From: an uncultured Bifidobacteriaceae bacterium
GTDB taxonomy: Bacteria > Bacteroidota > Bacteroidia > UKL13-3
DNA length: 64,000 nucleotides
Assembly: GCA_964535575.1 (NCBI GenBank)
Contig: CAZHTC010000003.1
Span: forward strand, 283,357-347,356
Reading direction: 5' to 3'
Each line of letters begins with the position of its first letter. The first letter of the stretch is position 1. The translations under genes and the position numbers were made by a program. Of this stretch, positions 47,195 through 57,091 are shown one piece after another. Below the pieces are notes generated by a model that worked only from the letters and a program-made list of their open reading frames with translations, was not told where the DNA came from and made no database searches.

Positions 47195-50100
47195 TTGAGA
47201 AGTATGCAATACAAACAGTACTTACCCTTATTGATCTTATTGTTTTCATTTCAGGTATCGGCTCAAAATATTTATTACGTGCGGAGTGACGGGAATGATG
47301 GAAATACCGGAAACAGCAATACCCCGGCAGGTGCCAAAGCCACTTTGTCGGCAGCAGTTAGTGTTGCCTCGGCAGGAGATATCATTCAAATTGGTCCCGG
47401 AAGTTTTTCGGGCACCGGATTTACTTCTATTAATTTGGGTTCTAAGTATCTAAAAATTATTGGTTCCGGTAACGGAAGTAATCCAGCCACATCAACGGTT
47501 ATTTCAGGGGCAGGATCGGGGAACACTTTTCTGACAATGGCTAAAGGGGCTTCTTCTACCAACAGAATGGAGGTTTGGAACCTCTACCTATCGGGGTTCT
47601 CCTATTTTTTTGATCAGGTTGACAGCAATTCTTTTTTTTATAATCTTTCAATTGTCGGAGACTCGGGCTACCTACAGCAAGTTTGGAGAAATGCTGATCA
47701 GGCTTCGGGAATTGATATTGAGAAATGCACTGTAAGTAAAGTGTGGAGTTGGACCACCAAATATGTCTCTGGTGAAAGTGGTCATGTTTTTAGATCAGAC
47801 AACAATAAAAATCTGTATAATGTAAATTTCAGGGGGTGTAATTTTACAGACAACCTCATTGTAGTTTACATAGCACAGGGCAGTTCACCTTCGTCAAAGA
47901 TCAATGCCAACAATATCACTTTTACTAATTGTGCATTTGTTAACGGGTTAAAAGGAATATATGCCGAGCGAATAGATAACCTTACGGTTGAAAACTGTAC
48001 TTTCAATTCTGTTGGGCAAGGAACTTACTCTCATCCTGCGGCCATAGATTTTAACCTGAAGTGGAATACATACAGTGGGTCTATACAAATCAACTATTGC
48101 AATTTTAGCGGATGCGCCATTCCTAATTCGGGTTCGGATGTAAATGGGGCGGCAATATTATTCAAATCGCGGGATTTCGGGAGTTATGCATCAACACCTG
48201 CTTCTTTTACGGGAACATTGAGTATTAACGGTTGCATTTTTAAAAACAATAATGCCGGTATCCGGTTTGGCGAGTCAAATAACGGAAGTGGTACAGGTTC
48301 GGGAGAAAATGCTTCTTACGGAAGTGGCACAATGGAAATCCGAAACTGTAATTTTCAATCTAACACAGGTGGGACTTATCAAACCTATAATCATTTTGCT
48401 ATACGAAATGTAACCACCCGGAATATTAATGTGACAAACTGTTATTTTGGAGGCGCGGCTGCAGGCACCAATACGGCATTTTCCGGACCGGTTGATGTTT
48501 CTACTCCCAACAGCGGTGGAAGTAGTACCATATCCGGAACTTTAACAACCGGTGAATTTATCCGATTAAACAGTTCTAATTCCTATCAGGCAAATTATTC
48601 TTCTTTTGCCAGTGCACTTTCAGCTTCATCAGATGGAGATAAAATTATCATTCCTCCTTCAACCATTTCAGGAACCACATCTGTGGGAGCAAACCTTACA
48701 TTTATTTCTCCCGGTGCAGGAAGTTTATACAGTGCTCATAAAACCACTTTTCAAAATTTAACAGTAACTGGTAGTAAAACGCTTACTCTTGAAAGTGACT
48801 TTGCAGTTAGTGGTAACCTATCGGTTACATCGGGAAACGGGCTAACTCTTGGCAAATATTTTACACTTGAACTTGCAGGCGGAATAACTACGGGAGGAAC
48901 ATTTACCGCTGGTGTCGTTTCTTCAGTCCCGAAATCAGAATTGCTACTTAGTGGAACGGGAAATATTACTATCCCAACCTTTGTTAATGGGTTGGCTGTT
49001 CTTAGTGTAACCCGCACCGTTTCCGATATTATATCGCTTGGGGCTAACTTATCTATTACCAACGTAAATTCTTCGAATGCATCAATTAACCTCAATGGAT
49101 TTAAGTTAACTGTGAATGGTGTTACATTGGTCAATACATCAACCATTGATGGCAGTACTACCGGCTCGGAACTCGAAATTGCAGGTACCAGTCGTACTTT
49201 TCAACTGAACGGGGGCACCTTTGCCAACCTGAATATTAACCGGAATCAGGGAACTCAGCTAAACGGAGATGTTACGGTAACCAACACACTTATTCTTTCA
49301 AATGGTAGTTTGTTTTTGGGCAGTTTCAATTGCACGCTTGAGTCATCGACTACCATTAATGGAACTCCATCGGCATCCAAAATGATTATTGTTACGGGTA
49401 CAGGACAATTAAGGAAAAAATTTACCACTACTGGTTCTTTCACATTTCCTATTGGGGATGATATAGGCACTTTTGAGTTCTCTCCAATTACGTTAAATTT
49501 TACTTCTGGAACTTTTGGTTCGGGAGCATTGGCCGGAGTAAATCTGAGTGATGTTAAGCACCCTTCAAATACCTCTACTACCGACTTTCTCTCTCGTTAC
49601 TGGACCGTAACACAAAGCAATATCAGTAGCTTTTCATGTGCGGTTTCATCTACATATCTTGATGCTGATATCAACGGTACTGAGACCAATCTTGTTGGAG
49701 GTAAATTTTCTTCCGGGAACTGGACTAACCTTGGAAGTGTTACTGCTGCATCTAATCTCATTACAGGTACTGTTACCGGCTTTTCTGATTTTACGGCAGG
49801 AGAGTCCTCAGCACTTCCTGTAACCTGGTTAAATGTTTCAGCAAGGCGTTTACCTGATGGCAGCGTTGATATAAATTGGGTTACTTCAAGTGAACTAAAT
49901 AACCACTATTTTGAAATTCAACGTTCAGAAAACGGAACTGATTTTACAACTATTGGAAATGTAAATGCAAAAGGAACCACCAATTCGGTTTCAACTTATT
50001 TGTTTACTGATAACCCGCTTGACACCCGCTTGCCGATTTTATTCTACAGAATTAAGCAGGTAGATTACAATGGCGACTTTGATTACTCTTCTATTGTTTC

Positions 50101-50368
50101 TGTTCAACAGCAAGGAAATGAGAAAATGAATCAGGATGTTGTTTATCCTAATCCTTTCTCAGGTGATATTACGCTACACATGCGTTCAGATGTAACTTTA
50201 CAGTCACTTGCCCTTATTGACATGAAAGGGAATGAATGGCCTGCCATCGTAAACTCTGAAAGTGATAATAAATTTCAGTTATCGGGATTGGATCATTTGC
50301 CGTCCGGTGTTTATTTGTTGCGTTTAATAACAAGTGACGGGTTGAAGCAAGTAAAGTTAGTGAAATAA
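47195..50368 (+). CDS. Large secreted right-handed beta-helix (pectate-lyase-fold) repeat protein with T9SS C-terminal sorting domain
   Basis: Signal peptide. Many NxxFxNC / Asn-ladder beta-helix repeats (CNFQSN, CIFKNNNAG, NCTFNS). C-terminal VYPNPFSGDITL...GVYLLRLITSDGLKQVKLVK is a T9SS CTD. Confidence 0.7.
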   Translation: MRSMQYKQYLPLLILLFSFQVSAQNIYYVRSDGNDGNTGNSNTPAGAKATLSAAVSVASAGDIIQIGPGSFSGTGFTSINLGSKYLKIIGSGNGSNPATSTVISGAGSGNTFLTMAKGASSTNRMEVWNLYLSGFSYFFDQVDSNSFFYNLSIVGDSGYLQQVWRNADQASGIDIEKCTVSKVWSWTTKYVSGESGHVFRSDNNKNLYNVNFRGCNFTDNLIVVYIAQGSSPSSKINANNITFTNCAFVNGLKGIYAERIDNLTVENCTFNSVGQGTYSHPAAIDFNLKWNTYSGSIQINYCNFSGCAIPNSGSDVNGAAILFKSRDFGSYASTPASFTGTLSINGCIFKNNNAGIRFGESNNGSGTGSGENASYGSGTMEIRNCNFQSNTGGTYQTYNHFAIRNVTTRNINVTNCYFGGAAAGTNTAFSGPVDVSTPNSGGSSTISGTLTTGEFIRLNSSNSYQANYSSFASALSASSDGDKIIIPPSTISGTTSVGANLTFISPGAGSLYSAHKTTFQNLTVTGSKTLTLESDFAVSGNLSVTSGNGLTLGKYFTLELAGGITTGGTFTAGVVSSVPKSELLLSGTGNITIPTFVNGLAVLSVTRTVSDIISLGANLSITNVNSSNASINLNGFKLTVNGVTLVNTSTIDGSTTGSELEIAGTSRTFQLNGGTFANLNINRNQGTQLNGDVTVTNTLILSNGSLFLGSFNCTLESSTTINGTPSASKMIIVTGTGQLRKKFTTTGSFTFPIGDDIGTFEFSPITLNFTSGTFGSGALAGVNLSDVKHPSNTSTTDFLSRYWTVTQSNISSFSCAVSSTYLDADINGTETNLVGGKFSSGNWTNLGSVTAASNLITGTVTGFSDFTAGESSALPVTWLNVSARRLPDGSVDINWVTSSELNNHYFEIQRSENGTDFTTIGNVNAKGTTNSVSTYLFTDNPLDTRLPILFYRIKQVDYNGDFDYSSIVSVQQQGNEKMNQDVVYPNPFSGDITLHMRSDVTLQSLALIDMKGNEWPAIVNSESDNKFQLSGLDHLPSGVYLLRLITSDGLKQVKLVK

Positions 50369-50369
50369 T

Positions 50370-51257
50370 TTACGGAATTAATACCTGTAGGGAGGAAGGG
50401 ATAACCTTAATAAGTATCTCTTTTCCCATTTCAAAGGGTTCGCCATCTATATTTACCATAGCTGCATTTTCGCGTACCAAACGTATCTGTTTACCTTTTA
50501 TGATCTCCACGTCTTTAGATCGATTAAAGCGCTGGGTAAACATTTCAAATGCTAATCGGGGCATGGTGGTAACTTTTACATTTTTTAAAATCGCAATGTC
50601 GAGTAAACCGTCCTGCATATCGGCTCCGGGAGCAATAAATGCGTTGTTGCCATATTGGTCACCATTAGAAAATGTAATTAAAAAGGCCTTTTTACTAAGT
50701 GTTTCCCCATCAACTTCAAGTATATAATTTTTTAGTTTGTATTGACTAAATTCCCTGATAGTTATTTTAGCATATGCCCAGAATCCTCTTTTCGATGTTG
50801 CAAATTTTGAAGCTACATGGGCATCAAACCCCACTCCTGCCACATTCACAAAAAATTCTTCATTAATAGAAGCTGAATCAATAATCTTAACTTTATAATT
50901 ATTTAACACATCAATGGCCTTTTTTGCATCTAATGGGATACGCAAATATCTCGCAAAGCCATTTCCTGAGCCCTGTGGAATAACCCCAAGAACACTTGTA
51001 GTATTCACTATGTTTTTGGCGATTTGATTGATGGTTCCGTCACCACCTACAGCCACAATTATGTTTGCTTTTTTCTCTACAGCTTCCTTGCTTAAGCGTT
51101 GAGTATCTTCAGCCTTTTGCGTGAAAAGAATTTCAGCATCATACCGCGAATGGTCTAATTGGGTTTCAATAATTCCCGGTATATTTTTTTTATTAATCCC
51201 CCCAGAGATTGGATTGATAATGAACGTTATTTTTTTTCTCACTTGGCAAAAGTACAT
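50370..51257 (-). CDS. Diacylglycerol/lipid kinase family protein (YegS/BmrU-like)
   Basis: DAGK catalytic domain motifs (FIINPISGG, VAVGGDGT). Confidence 0.8.
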   Translation of the reverse strand: MYFCQVRKKITFIINPISGGINKKNIPGIIETQLDHSRYDAEILFTQKAEDTQRLSKEAVEKKANIIVAVGGDGTINQIAKNIVNTTSVLGVIPQGSGNGFARYLRIPLDAKKAIDVLNNYKVKIIDSASINEEFFVNVAGVGFDAHVASKFATSKRGFWAYAKITIREFSQYKLKNYILEVDGETLSKKAFLITFSNGDQYGNNAFIAPGADMQDGLLDIAILKNVKVTTMPRLAFEMFTQRFNRSKDVEIIKGKQIRLVRENAAMVNIDGEPFEMGKEILIKVIPSSLQVLIP

Positions 51258-51357
51258 ATTGTTGCTTAATTCCTAAGCAACTCTGAGTATTTAGTACTAA
51301 TGGATGGTAAAGGGGACTTTAGCCGAATAACCTTACTTTTGTGCGAAATAAGGAAGT

Positions 51358-52545
51358 ATGATATCGGGAGATTATAAGATGACGGCTCAAACCATGTTTG
51401 GTTTGGAAGAAGTACTGGCTACTGAATTGCGAAAACTTGGTGCGCGGGAAGTGGAGCAACATAACCGGGCTGTGAGTTTTGTCGGAGATATTGGCTTCAT
51501 GTACAAGGCTAATCTGTGTTTATACACGGCACTTCGTATTTTGGTACCCATAAAAACATTTCATGTACGAAATGAACAGGATTTATATGATGAAATAAAA
51601 GGTATAAACTGGGAAACATATATGGGGGTTGACGATACACTCGCGGTTAATTGTTCGCTCAATTCAGAGTTGTTTAATCACTCACAATTCCTTTCTCAAA
51701 AAACCAAAGATGCTATAGTAGACCAGTTCAGAGAAAAGTACAATAAGCGCCCTTCTGTTGATTTGGATCAGCCCACTTTGCGAATCCATTTGTTTGTATC
51801 GCAGGATACATGTATGGTTTCCTTAGATAGTTCAGGGGAATCGTTGCATAAACGCGGATACCGTGATATGACTAATCTGGCACCTATAAATGAAGTGCTG
51901 GCTGCAGGTATTATAAAGCTTACCGGTTGGGACGGTTACCGTAATTTTGTCGATCCCATGTGCGGATCAGGAACTATTTTGATTGAGGCTGCTTTACAGG
52001 CCTTAAATATTCCGGCAGGTTACTACCGTAAATCATTTGGGTTTATGCGGTGGAAAAATTTTGATGAAACACTCTGGAATAAAATACTCGACTCGGCTGT
52101 GGCCAAAATAAAAGAAGGAGATCGGGTAAAAATAGTAGGGGGTGAAATTTCGAAAAATGTAGCTCGTAAAGCCATTGTAAATATCCATGAAGCCAAAGTG
52201 GATGATGTAATCACCATTCGCACTTCTGCCTTTGCCGATTTAGAAGTACCTGAAGGTGGTGGCATTTTGGTGATAAATCCGCCTTATGGTGAACGCATGG
52301 ATAAAGACGAGGATATCATGGCATTGTACAAATCCATTGGGGATACGCTTAAAAAGAAATGGGCCGGATATGAAGCATGGATTATTACCTCAAATATGGA
52401 AGCTGTCAAAGCTATTCGGCTCAATCCTTCCCGCAGAATTAAATTATTTAACGGTGCCCTAGAGTGCCGTTTACTCAAAATTGAATTGTACAGCGGAACA
52501 AGACGAAAGGATAAGTTGGCTGAAGGGAAAGAGGATAGTTTATAG
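51358..52545 (+). CDS. THUMP-domain class I SAM-dependent RNA methyltransferase (RlmL/Trm14-like)
   Basis: N-terminal THUMP region. MTase motifs DPMCGSGTILIEAA and NPPYGERM (DPPY-type N6/N2 methylase motif IV). Confidence 0.75.
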   Translation: MISGDYKMTAQTMFGLEEVLATELRKLGAREVEQHNRAVSFVGDIGFMYKANLCLYTALRILVPIKTFHVRNEQDLYDEIKGINWETYMGVDDTLAVNCSLNSELFNHSQFLSQKTKDAIVDQFREKYNKRPSVDLDQPTLRIHLFVSQDTCMVSLDSSGESLHKRGYRDMTNLAPINEVLAAGIIKLTGWDGYRNFVDPMCGSGTILIEAALQALNIPAGYYRKSFGFMRWKNFDETLWNKILDSAVAKIKEGDRVKIVGGEISKNVARKAIVNIHEAKVDDVITIRTSAFADLEVPEGGGILVINPPYGERMDKDEDIMALYKSIGDTLKKKWAGYEAWIITSNMEAVKAIRLNPSRRIKLFNGALECRLLKIELYSGTRRKDKLAEGKEDSL

Positions 52546-52696
52546 AGGATAGTTCATGGCTAATAGACTGTAAAATGTCATGCTGATGAAGGGAGCATCT
52601 TAACGAAGCCAGTAAAAACCAATGTACTTGCAGCAATTGGTATAGTTTCGTAAAGATCCCTCATGCTTCGGGATGACATGCTAATTTAATACCTTT

Positions 52697-53014
52697 ATGA
52701 TTATGAAGATTCCGGGTGGTCATAACTATTACACCTACATACTTACAAATAGTACAAAAAAGGTATTATATACCGGAGTTACCAATGATCTGAAAAGAAG
52801 ATTAAGTGAACATAGCAAAGATGCTGCAAGTGACAAAAGAACTTTTGCCGGAAAATACAATTGTGTTTTTCTTATTTATTGGGAACGGTTTCAATACATC
52901 CAACATGCTATAGCGCGTGAAAAGGAAATTAAAGGATGGAATAGAAAGAAGAAGGAGGATTTAATCGTAAGTTTTAACCCTTCATGGAGGTTTTTAAATT
53001 CAGAAGTGGAATAA
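52697..53014 (+). CDS. GIY-YIG nuclease family protein (YhbQ/COG2827-like small endonuclease)
   Basis: YTYILTNSTKKVLYTGVTNDLKRRLSEHSK carries the GIY...YIG motif with catalytic R and E. 105 aa. AT-rich. Confidence 0.75.
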   Translation: MIMKIPGGHNYYTYILTNSTKKVLYTGVTNDLKRRLSEHSKDAASDKRTFAGKYNCVFLIYWERFQYIQHAIAREKEIKGWNRKKKEDLIVSFNPSWRFLNSEVE

Positions 53015-53059
53015 GTTTTTTTCGTATGATAAACCATCGGCCATAAACTATTCACAGAT

Positions 53060-54976
53060 TTACTTCACCACCACGGTGCCCATTTCATCGCTCAGCCCTT
53101 TGCGCATCTCGGTGAGGTATTGATGCACTTGCATGGCCTCATTTATTTGTTCTTCTGTTTCGGCTTGTTTTATTTGCTCCAGATTTTCATGCAATAAGTC
53201 ATCAATACGTTTTAGTTTTAAACGCGTAAGCGAAGCATGAAGGTCACGCTTTAAAAATTCTTCACGCTCTCCTTCCAGATGCGCATAGCGGTCGCCCCAT
53301 TTTTTGCTTAACTCGTGTCGGCTTAGTAAAATATCGGAGGCAAAACGGCTTATATGTTCGTCCTCATGGGTTATAAACCATTGATGATTTATGGGTTGAT
53401 TTTGGGCAAGAACTTCCTTTACAGCATCCATTATTTTCTGATATAAAACGTTGTCGAAATTCAGTTCATGCGCTTCAAATTCTTCGAGAATAAATGAGGC
53501 TATGTTTTTATCTTCTTCGAGCAACTCAAAGCCATTTTGGATAAGAATACGTATAATATCACGTTCCTGATTCTCTTTACTCCTTAATTCAACTTCGTTT
53601 TCTTCCAGCAGTTCCTCGTAATTAAGGGGTTCTTCCTGCGTGGGTTTAATGAGGTCTTTTTCTTCTTTTCTCCGGTTTCTGAAAATTTTATTCAGTTCGT
53701 TAATTAAAACCTGTTCGTTTATGTCAAGCAGTTTACTACACTCTTTAACAAACACCGAACGTTTTATATTATCGGGAATTTTGGAAATGCTTTCAACAAT
53801 ATCTCTTATCACTTCGGCTCTTTTCACCGGGTCATTAGCTGCATCGGCCAGCAACAGGTTTGATTTAAAGATGATAAAATCTCTTTCGTTTGATTTTATG
53901 TATTGAGAAAAGGCTTCTCCGCCTTGTGCTTTACAGTAGGAATCCGGGTCTTCTCCTTCCGGAAAGGTAACCACTTTTACGTTCAGTCCCTGCTCTAAAA
54001 TCATGTCTACCCCGCGAAGCGAAGCTTTTAATCCGGCCTGATCACCATCATATAAAACCGTTACATTATCCGTAAACCTTTTAATGAGTTTAATTTGTCC
54101 TTCGGTTAGGGATGTGCCCGATGAAGCCACTACGTTTTCAATACCGCCCTGATGCAATGTGATGACATCGGTATATCCTTCCACCAGATAGCAACGATCC
54201 TGTTTGCGTATTTCTTGTTTGGCAAAGTAGTATCCATACAGAATATCGCTTTTGTGATATACTTCCGTTTCGGGCGAGTTCACATACTTAGGCGCTTTCG
54301 GGTCTTTTTTCATAATGCGCCCGCCAAAGGCCACTATGCGTCCGCTCAGATCATGCACCGGAAAAATCACCCTTCCTCTGAACAAATCAAATATTCTCCC
54401 TTGTTCGGTAACGGTTATAAGCCCCGCCCGTTTTAAATATTCTTCCTTGTACCCCGATGCAATGGCATGGTCGTAAAAATGATTCCACCCTTCTTTGCTG
54501 TACCCCAACCCGAATTTGCGAATGGTTTCGTGACGGAAACCGCGCTCTTCAAAGTAGGAGAGTCCTACGGTTTGCCCTTCTTCATCTTCCCATAACTGTT
54601 GCGTGAAATAATCGGAAGCAAACCTGAGGGCAATGAGCACACTTTCCCGTTCGTTTTGCGATTGCAGCGCTTCATCGCTCAGCTTTATTTCTTCTACTTC
54701 AATATTGTATTTATTGGCTAAGTATTTCAGGGCATCAGGATAGCTAAGGCTATCGTGTTCCATAATAAATCGTACACTGTCGCCTGCTTTTCCACATCCA
54801 AAACATTTGTAAATTCCTTTGGCGGGAGAAACCGTGAAGGAGGGTGTTTTTTCATTGTGAAACGGACAAAGCCCGAGTAAATTGGCCCCCCGTTTTTTCA
54901 GATTTACGTAATCACCCACCACCTCCTCGATGCGAGAAGCATTAATGATTTCTTCAACTTTTGGCTGTGGTATCAT
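53060..54976 (-). CDS. dnaG: DNA primase
   Basis: Zinc ribbon CPFHNEKTPSF...CFGCG. TOPRIM domain (EGYTDV, YDGDQAG). Confidence 0.95.
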   Translation of the reverse strand: MIPQPKVEEIINASRIEEVVGDYVNLKKRGANLLGLCPFHNEKTPSFTVSPAKGIYKCFGCGKAGDSVRFIMEHDSLSYPDALKYLANKYNIEVEEIKLSDEALQSQNERESVLIALRFASDYFTQQLWEDEEGQTVGLSYFEERGFRHETIRKFGLGYSKEGWNHFYDHAIASGYKEEYLKRAGLITVTEQGRIFDLFRGRVIFPVHDLSGRIVAFGGRIMKKDPKAPKYVNSPETEVYHKSDILYGYYFAKQEIRKQDRCYLVEGYTDVITLHQGGIENVVASSGTSLTEGQIKLIKRFTDNVTVLYDGDQAGLKASLRGVDMILEQGLNVKVVTFPEGEDPDSYCKAQGGEAFSQYIKSNERDFIIFKSNLLLADAANDPVKRAEVIRDIVESISKIPDNIKRSVFVKECSKLLDINEQVLINELNKIFRNRRKEEKDLIKPTQEEPLNYEELLEENEVELRSKENQERDIIRILIQNGFELLEEDKNIASFILEEFEAHELNFDNVLYQKIMDAVKEVLAQNQPINHQWFITHEDEHISRFASDILLSRHELSKKWGDRYAHLEGEREEFLKRDLHASLTRLKLKRIDDLLHENLEQIKQAETEEQINEAMQVHQYLTEMRKGLSDEMGTVVVK

Positions 54977-55067
54977 GGGTTATTACAGAAGGTGCAAATT
55001 AACGTTTTCAGGTTTACGGTGAAAGGTTACCTTAAAACATTTTGTAACTGAAATTGAAGGGGGTACC

Positions 55068-56342
55068 CTAAAATCGGGGGATAAATTCGGTTCCGTTAAA
55101 TGTATATACAATGCCCCCGATAGTAATGCTGCCTGAAACAGGGATTAAATGAATGTCCGTAATGTCTTCGTAAGTAGTGTGAATGGAGCCGCGGGTGGCA
55201 TAAGCCAATGCTAAATACTGGGGATTAACTCCCGCCCGCTGATTTGCAAGAATAATATGTACCGGTTTCCCAATATTGGTGATAAAAGCAAAGTCGCGCA
55301 TATTGGCCAGATTATCGGCAATCAACACAATATCGTTGCACTCGGGACAGTTTTTTATTCCTTCTAAAATGGCCTCTACATCATTTTCCGGTGCATCACC
55401 GCCATTCCCTTTTTGCATGGCATGGGCTACGCTGCGGGCTATATCGTCTACCTCAGCAGCATCCAGATGGTAAATGCCTCCGGTAGTAAGTTCCTTTTTT
55501 TGACTATTACCCTTTTGATCTCCGTCATTAAAAAATACAAAATGTCTTATTCGTGCTTTTTTAAAATGTTCCTTATGCCAAATCATCAACTGCGCGGTTG
55601 ATTGTGCCATGCTGCCCGTTACATCTACCACCATCAGTATTTTGTTCCATTTGTTTCGGTTCAGTACATTCATTATGGTGGAATCATGGAGGTTGAAATA
55701 GGGTATATGCTTTTTAGAGAAATACACGGCAGTGGCACTATCGGGCACAAATCCCTTCTGTTTGTCCCATTTGGATTTCATGAAATACAGAATGGAATCT
55801 TCATCTACAATTTTGCTGATACTCTTGCTAAGTGTATCCAGAAAAAATAATTCGGATTCGGTTAATTTTTCGGTTTGCTCCGGTCGAAGGTAAACTACAA
55901 AACCATGAAACATTTTTTTACCTTGAGCAGATGACCGGCAACCGGTTTGCGCTACTAGTCTCCACTCAATAGTGTTGTTCAGAAAAAGGTATGAGGCAGC
56001 TTTTTCAAGAGATAACAAACGCTGGTAATTTAATTGCTGCTGGTTAAATGAATCCGATTCGCGAAAGGTGGTGTAAACGAGTTCTATTTTCTCAATGATT
56101 CTTCCTGAAATCCGATGGCATTGTTCAGGAAACAAAAGGGCAGGAGAGGCAAAATTTGTAGGCAGGTAAACGGTATCATAGGCAGGTTTTACAAGTATCG
56201 TTGAAACATACACCACGGGTTGGTTCAGCACGTATTGTATGCCCGGTTGAGCCGCACTATTATTGGCAAACAGGGCAATTATTGCCATTAGAAGCATCAT
56301 TTTAATTACAACTGCCTGTTTGTTGTACCAAGCCTTAATCAT
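55068..56342 (-). CDS. Hypothetical secreted protein with C-terminal von Willebrand factor A-like domain
   Basis: Signal peptide. MIDAS-like DxTxS (MVVDVTGSM) with downstream FNDGDQ and D residues. The N-terminal about 200 aa is unknown. Confidence 0.5.
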   Translation of the reverse strand: MIKAWYNKQAVVIKMMLLMAIIALFANNSAAQPGIQYVLNQPVVYVSTILVKPAYDTVYLPTNFASPALLFPEQCHRISGRIIEKIELVYTTFRESDSFNQQQLNYQRLLSLEKAASYLFLNNTIEWRLVAQTGCRSSAQGKKMFHGFVVYLRPEQTEKLTESELFFLDTLSKSISKIVDEDSILYFMKSKWDKQKGFVPDSATAVYFSKKHIPYFNLHDSTIMNVLNRNKWNKILMVVDVTGSMAQSTAQLMIWHKEHFKKARIRHFVFFNDGDQKGNSQKKELTTGGIYHLDAAEVDDIARSVAHAMQKGNGGDAPENDVEAILEGIKNCPECNDIVLIADNLANMRDFAFITNIGKPVHIILANQRAGVNPQYLALAYATRGSIHTTYEDITDIHLIPVSGSITIGGIVYTFNGTEFIPRF

Positions 56343-56431
56343 AAAGGCAAGATACTAAAAAAGCCAAATTAAAGTTAGAATGTTGGCACGCATGGAGTAC
56401 GGAGCAGGTTTTTTGGGTAACTTTGTGATAA

Positions 56432-57091
56432 ATGAACTGTAACATCAAAAAGGGAGACTTGTTTTTTTTTACCATTTTTTTAGTTACAGCCTGCACTTCA
56501 TCTGTTGAAAGAAGGGAAAATAATTCTTCCCCCTGTCAGGACCCAACCAGTATTTATTGCCTCTTAAATAATTACTATTTGCCTGAAATACGATACCCCG
56601 ATACACCTATTTTGTTGTTTGAATATGGCGGTTGGTATGACATGCACAGGGAATTTGAAATAATTGTAAGGCCATTTTTGCGCGATAGTCTTCAACTGGA
56701 GCCGGGCGAGATTGATTTTATGGACTCAAGCCTCAATACACATCCGGTAAATATTCATACCTCCGATGATTTCAGAAAAGCTTTTTTTGTACATGATACC
56801 ACCTGGGTATGGACCGTTGAAGCCCTAAAGGGAGCGAGAATAGTTCCGCATCAACTGATTGATTCAGTAAATAAAGTTTTTATTGGTAAAGGGTATGCCG
56901 CCCGTCAGGAGTTGGCCAGAAACCTGTTTCCGCACGGATATATTGTTTTATCCAAACCTGTAATGAACCGGGAGGGAAGTGTAATTCATTTTTACGAGCA
57001 GTATTACGGACGGTCGGAGAATGATTATGCCCGTTTTTTTCTTTTTTACCGTACAAAAAAATTGGGGTGGCAAATGAAAATCCTGTTTTAG
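56432..57091 (+). CDS. Hypothetical lipoprotein
   Basis: Lipobox FLVTACTSS. No recognisable domain. Its stop (TAG 57089-57091) overlaps the priA stop (TAA 57088-57090) on the opposite strand. Confidence 0.4.
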   Translation: MNCNIKKGDLFFFTIFLVTACTSSVERRENNSSPCQDPTSIYCLLNNYYLPEIRYPDTPILLFEYGGWYDMHREFEIIVRPFLRDSLQLEPGEIDFMDSSLNTHPVNIHTSDDFRKAFFVHDTTWVWTVEALKGARIVPHQLIDSVNKVFIGKGYAARQELARNLFPHGYIVLSKPVMNREGSVIHFYEQYYGRSENDYARFFLFYRTKKLGWQMKILF

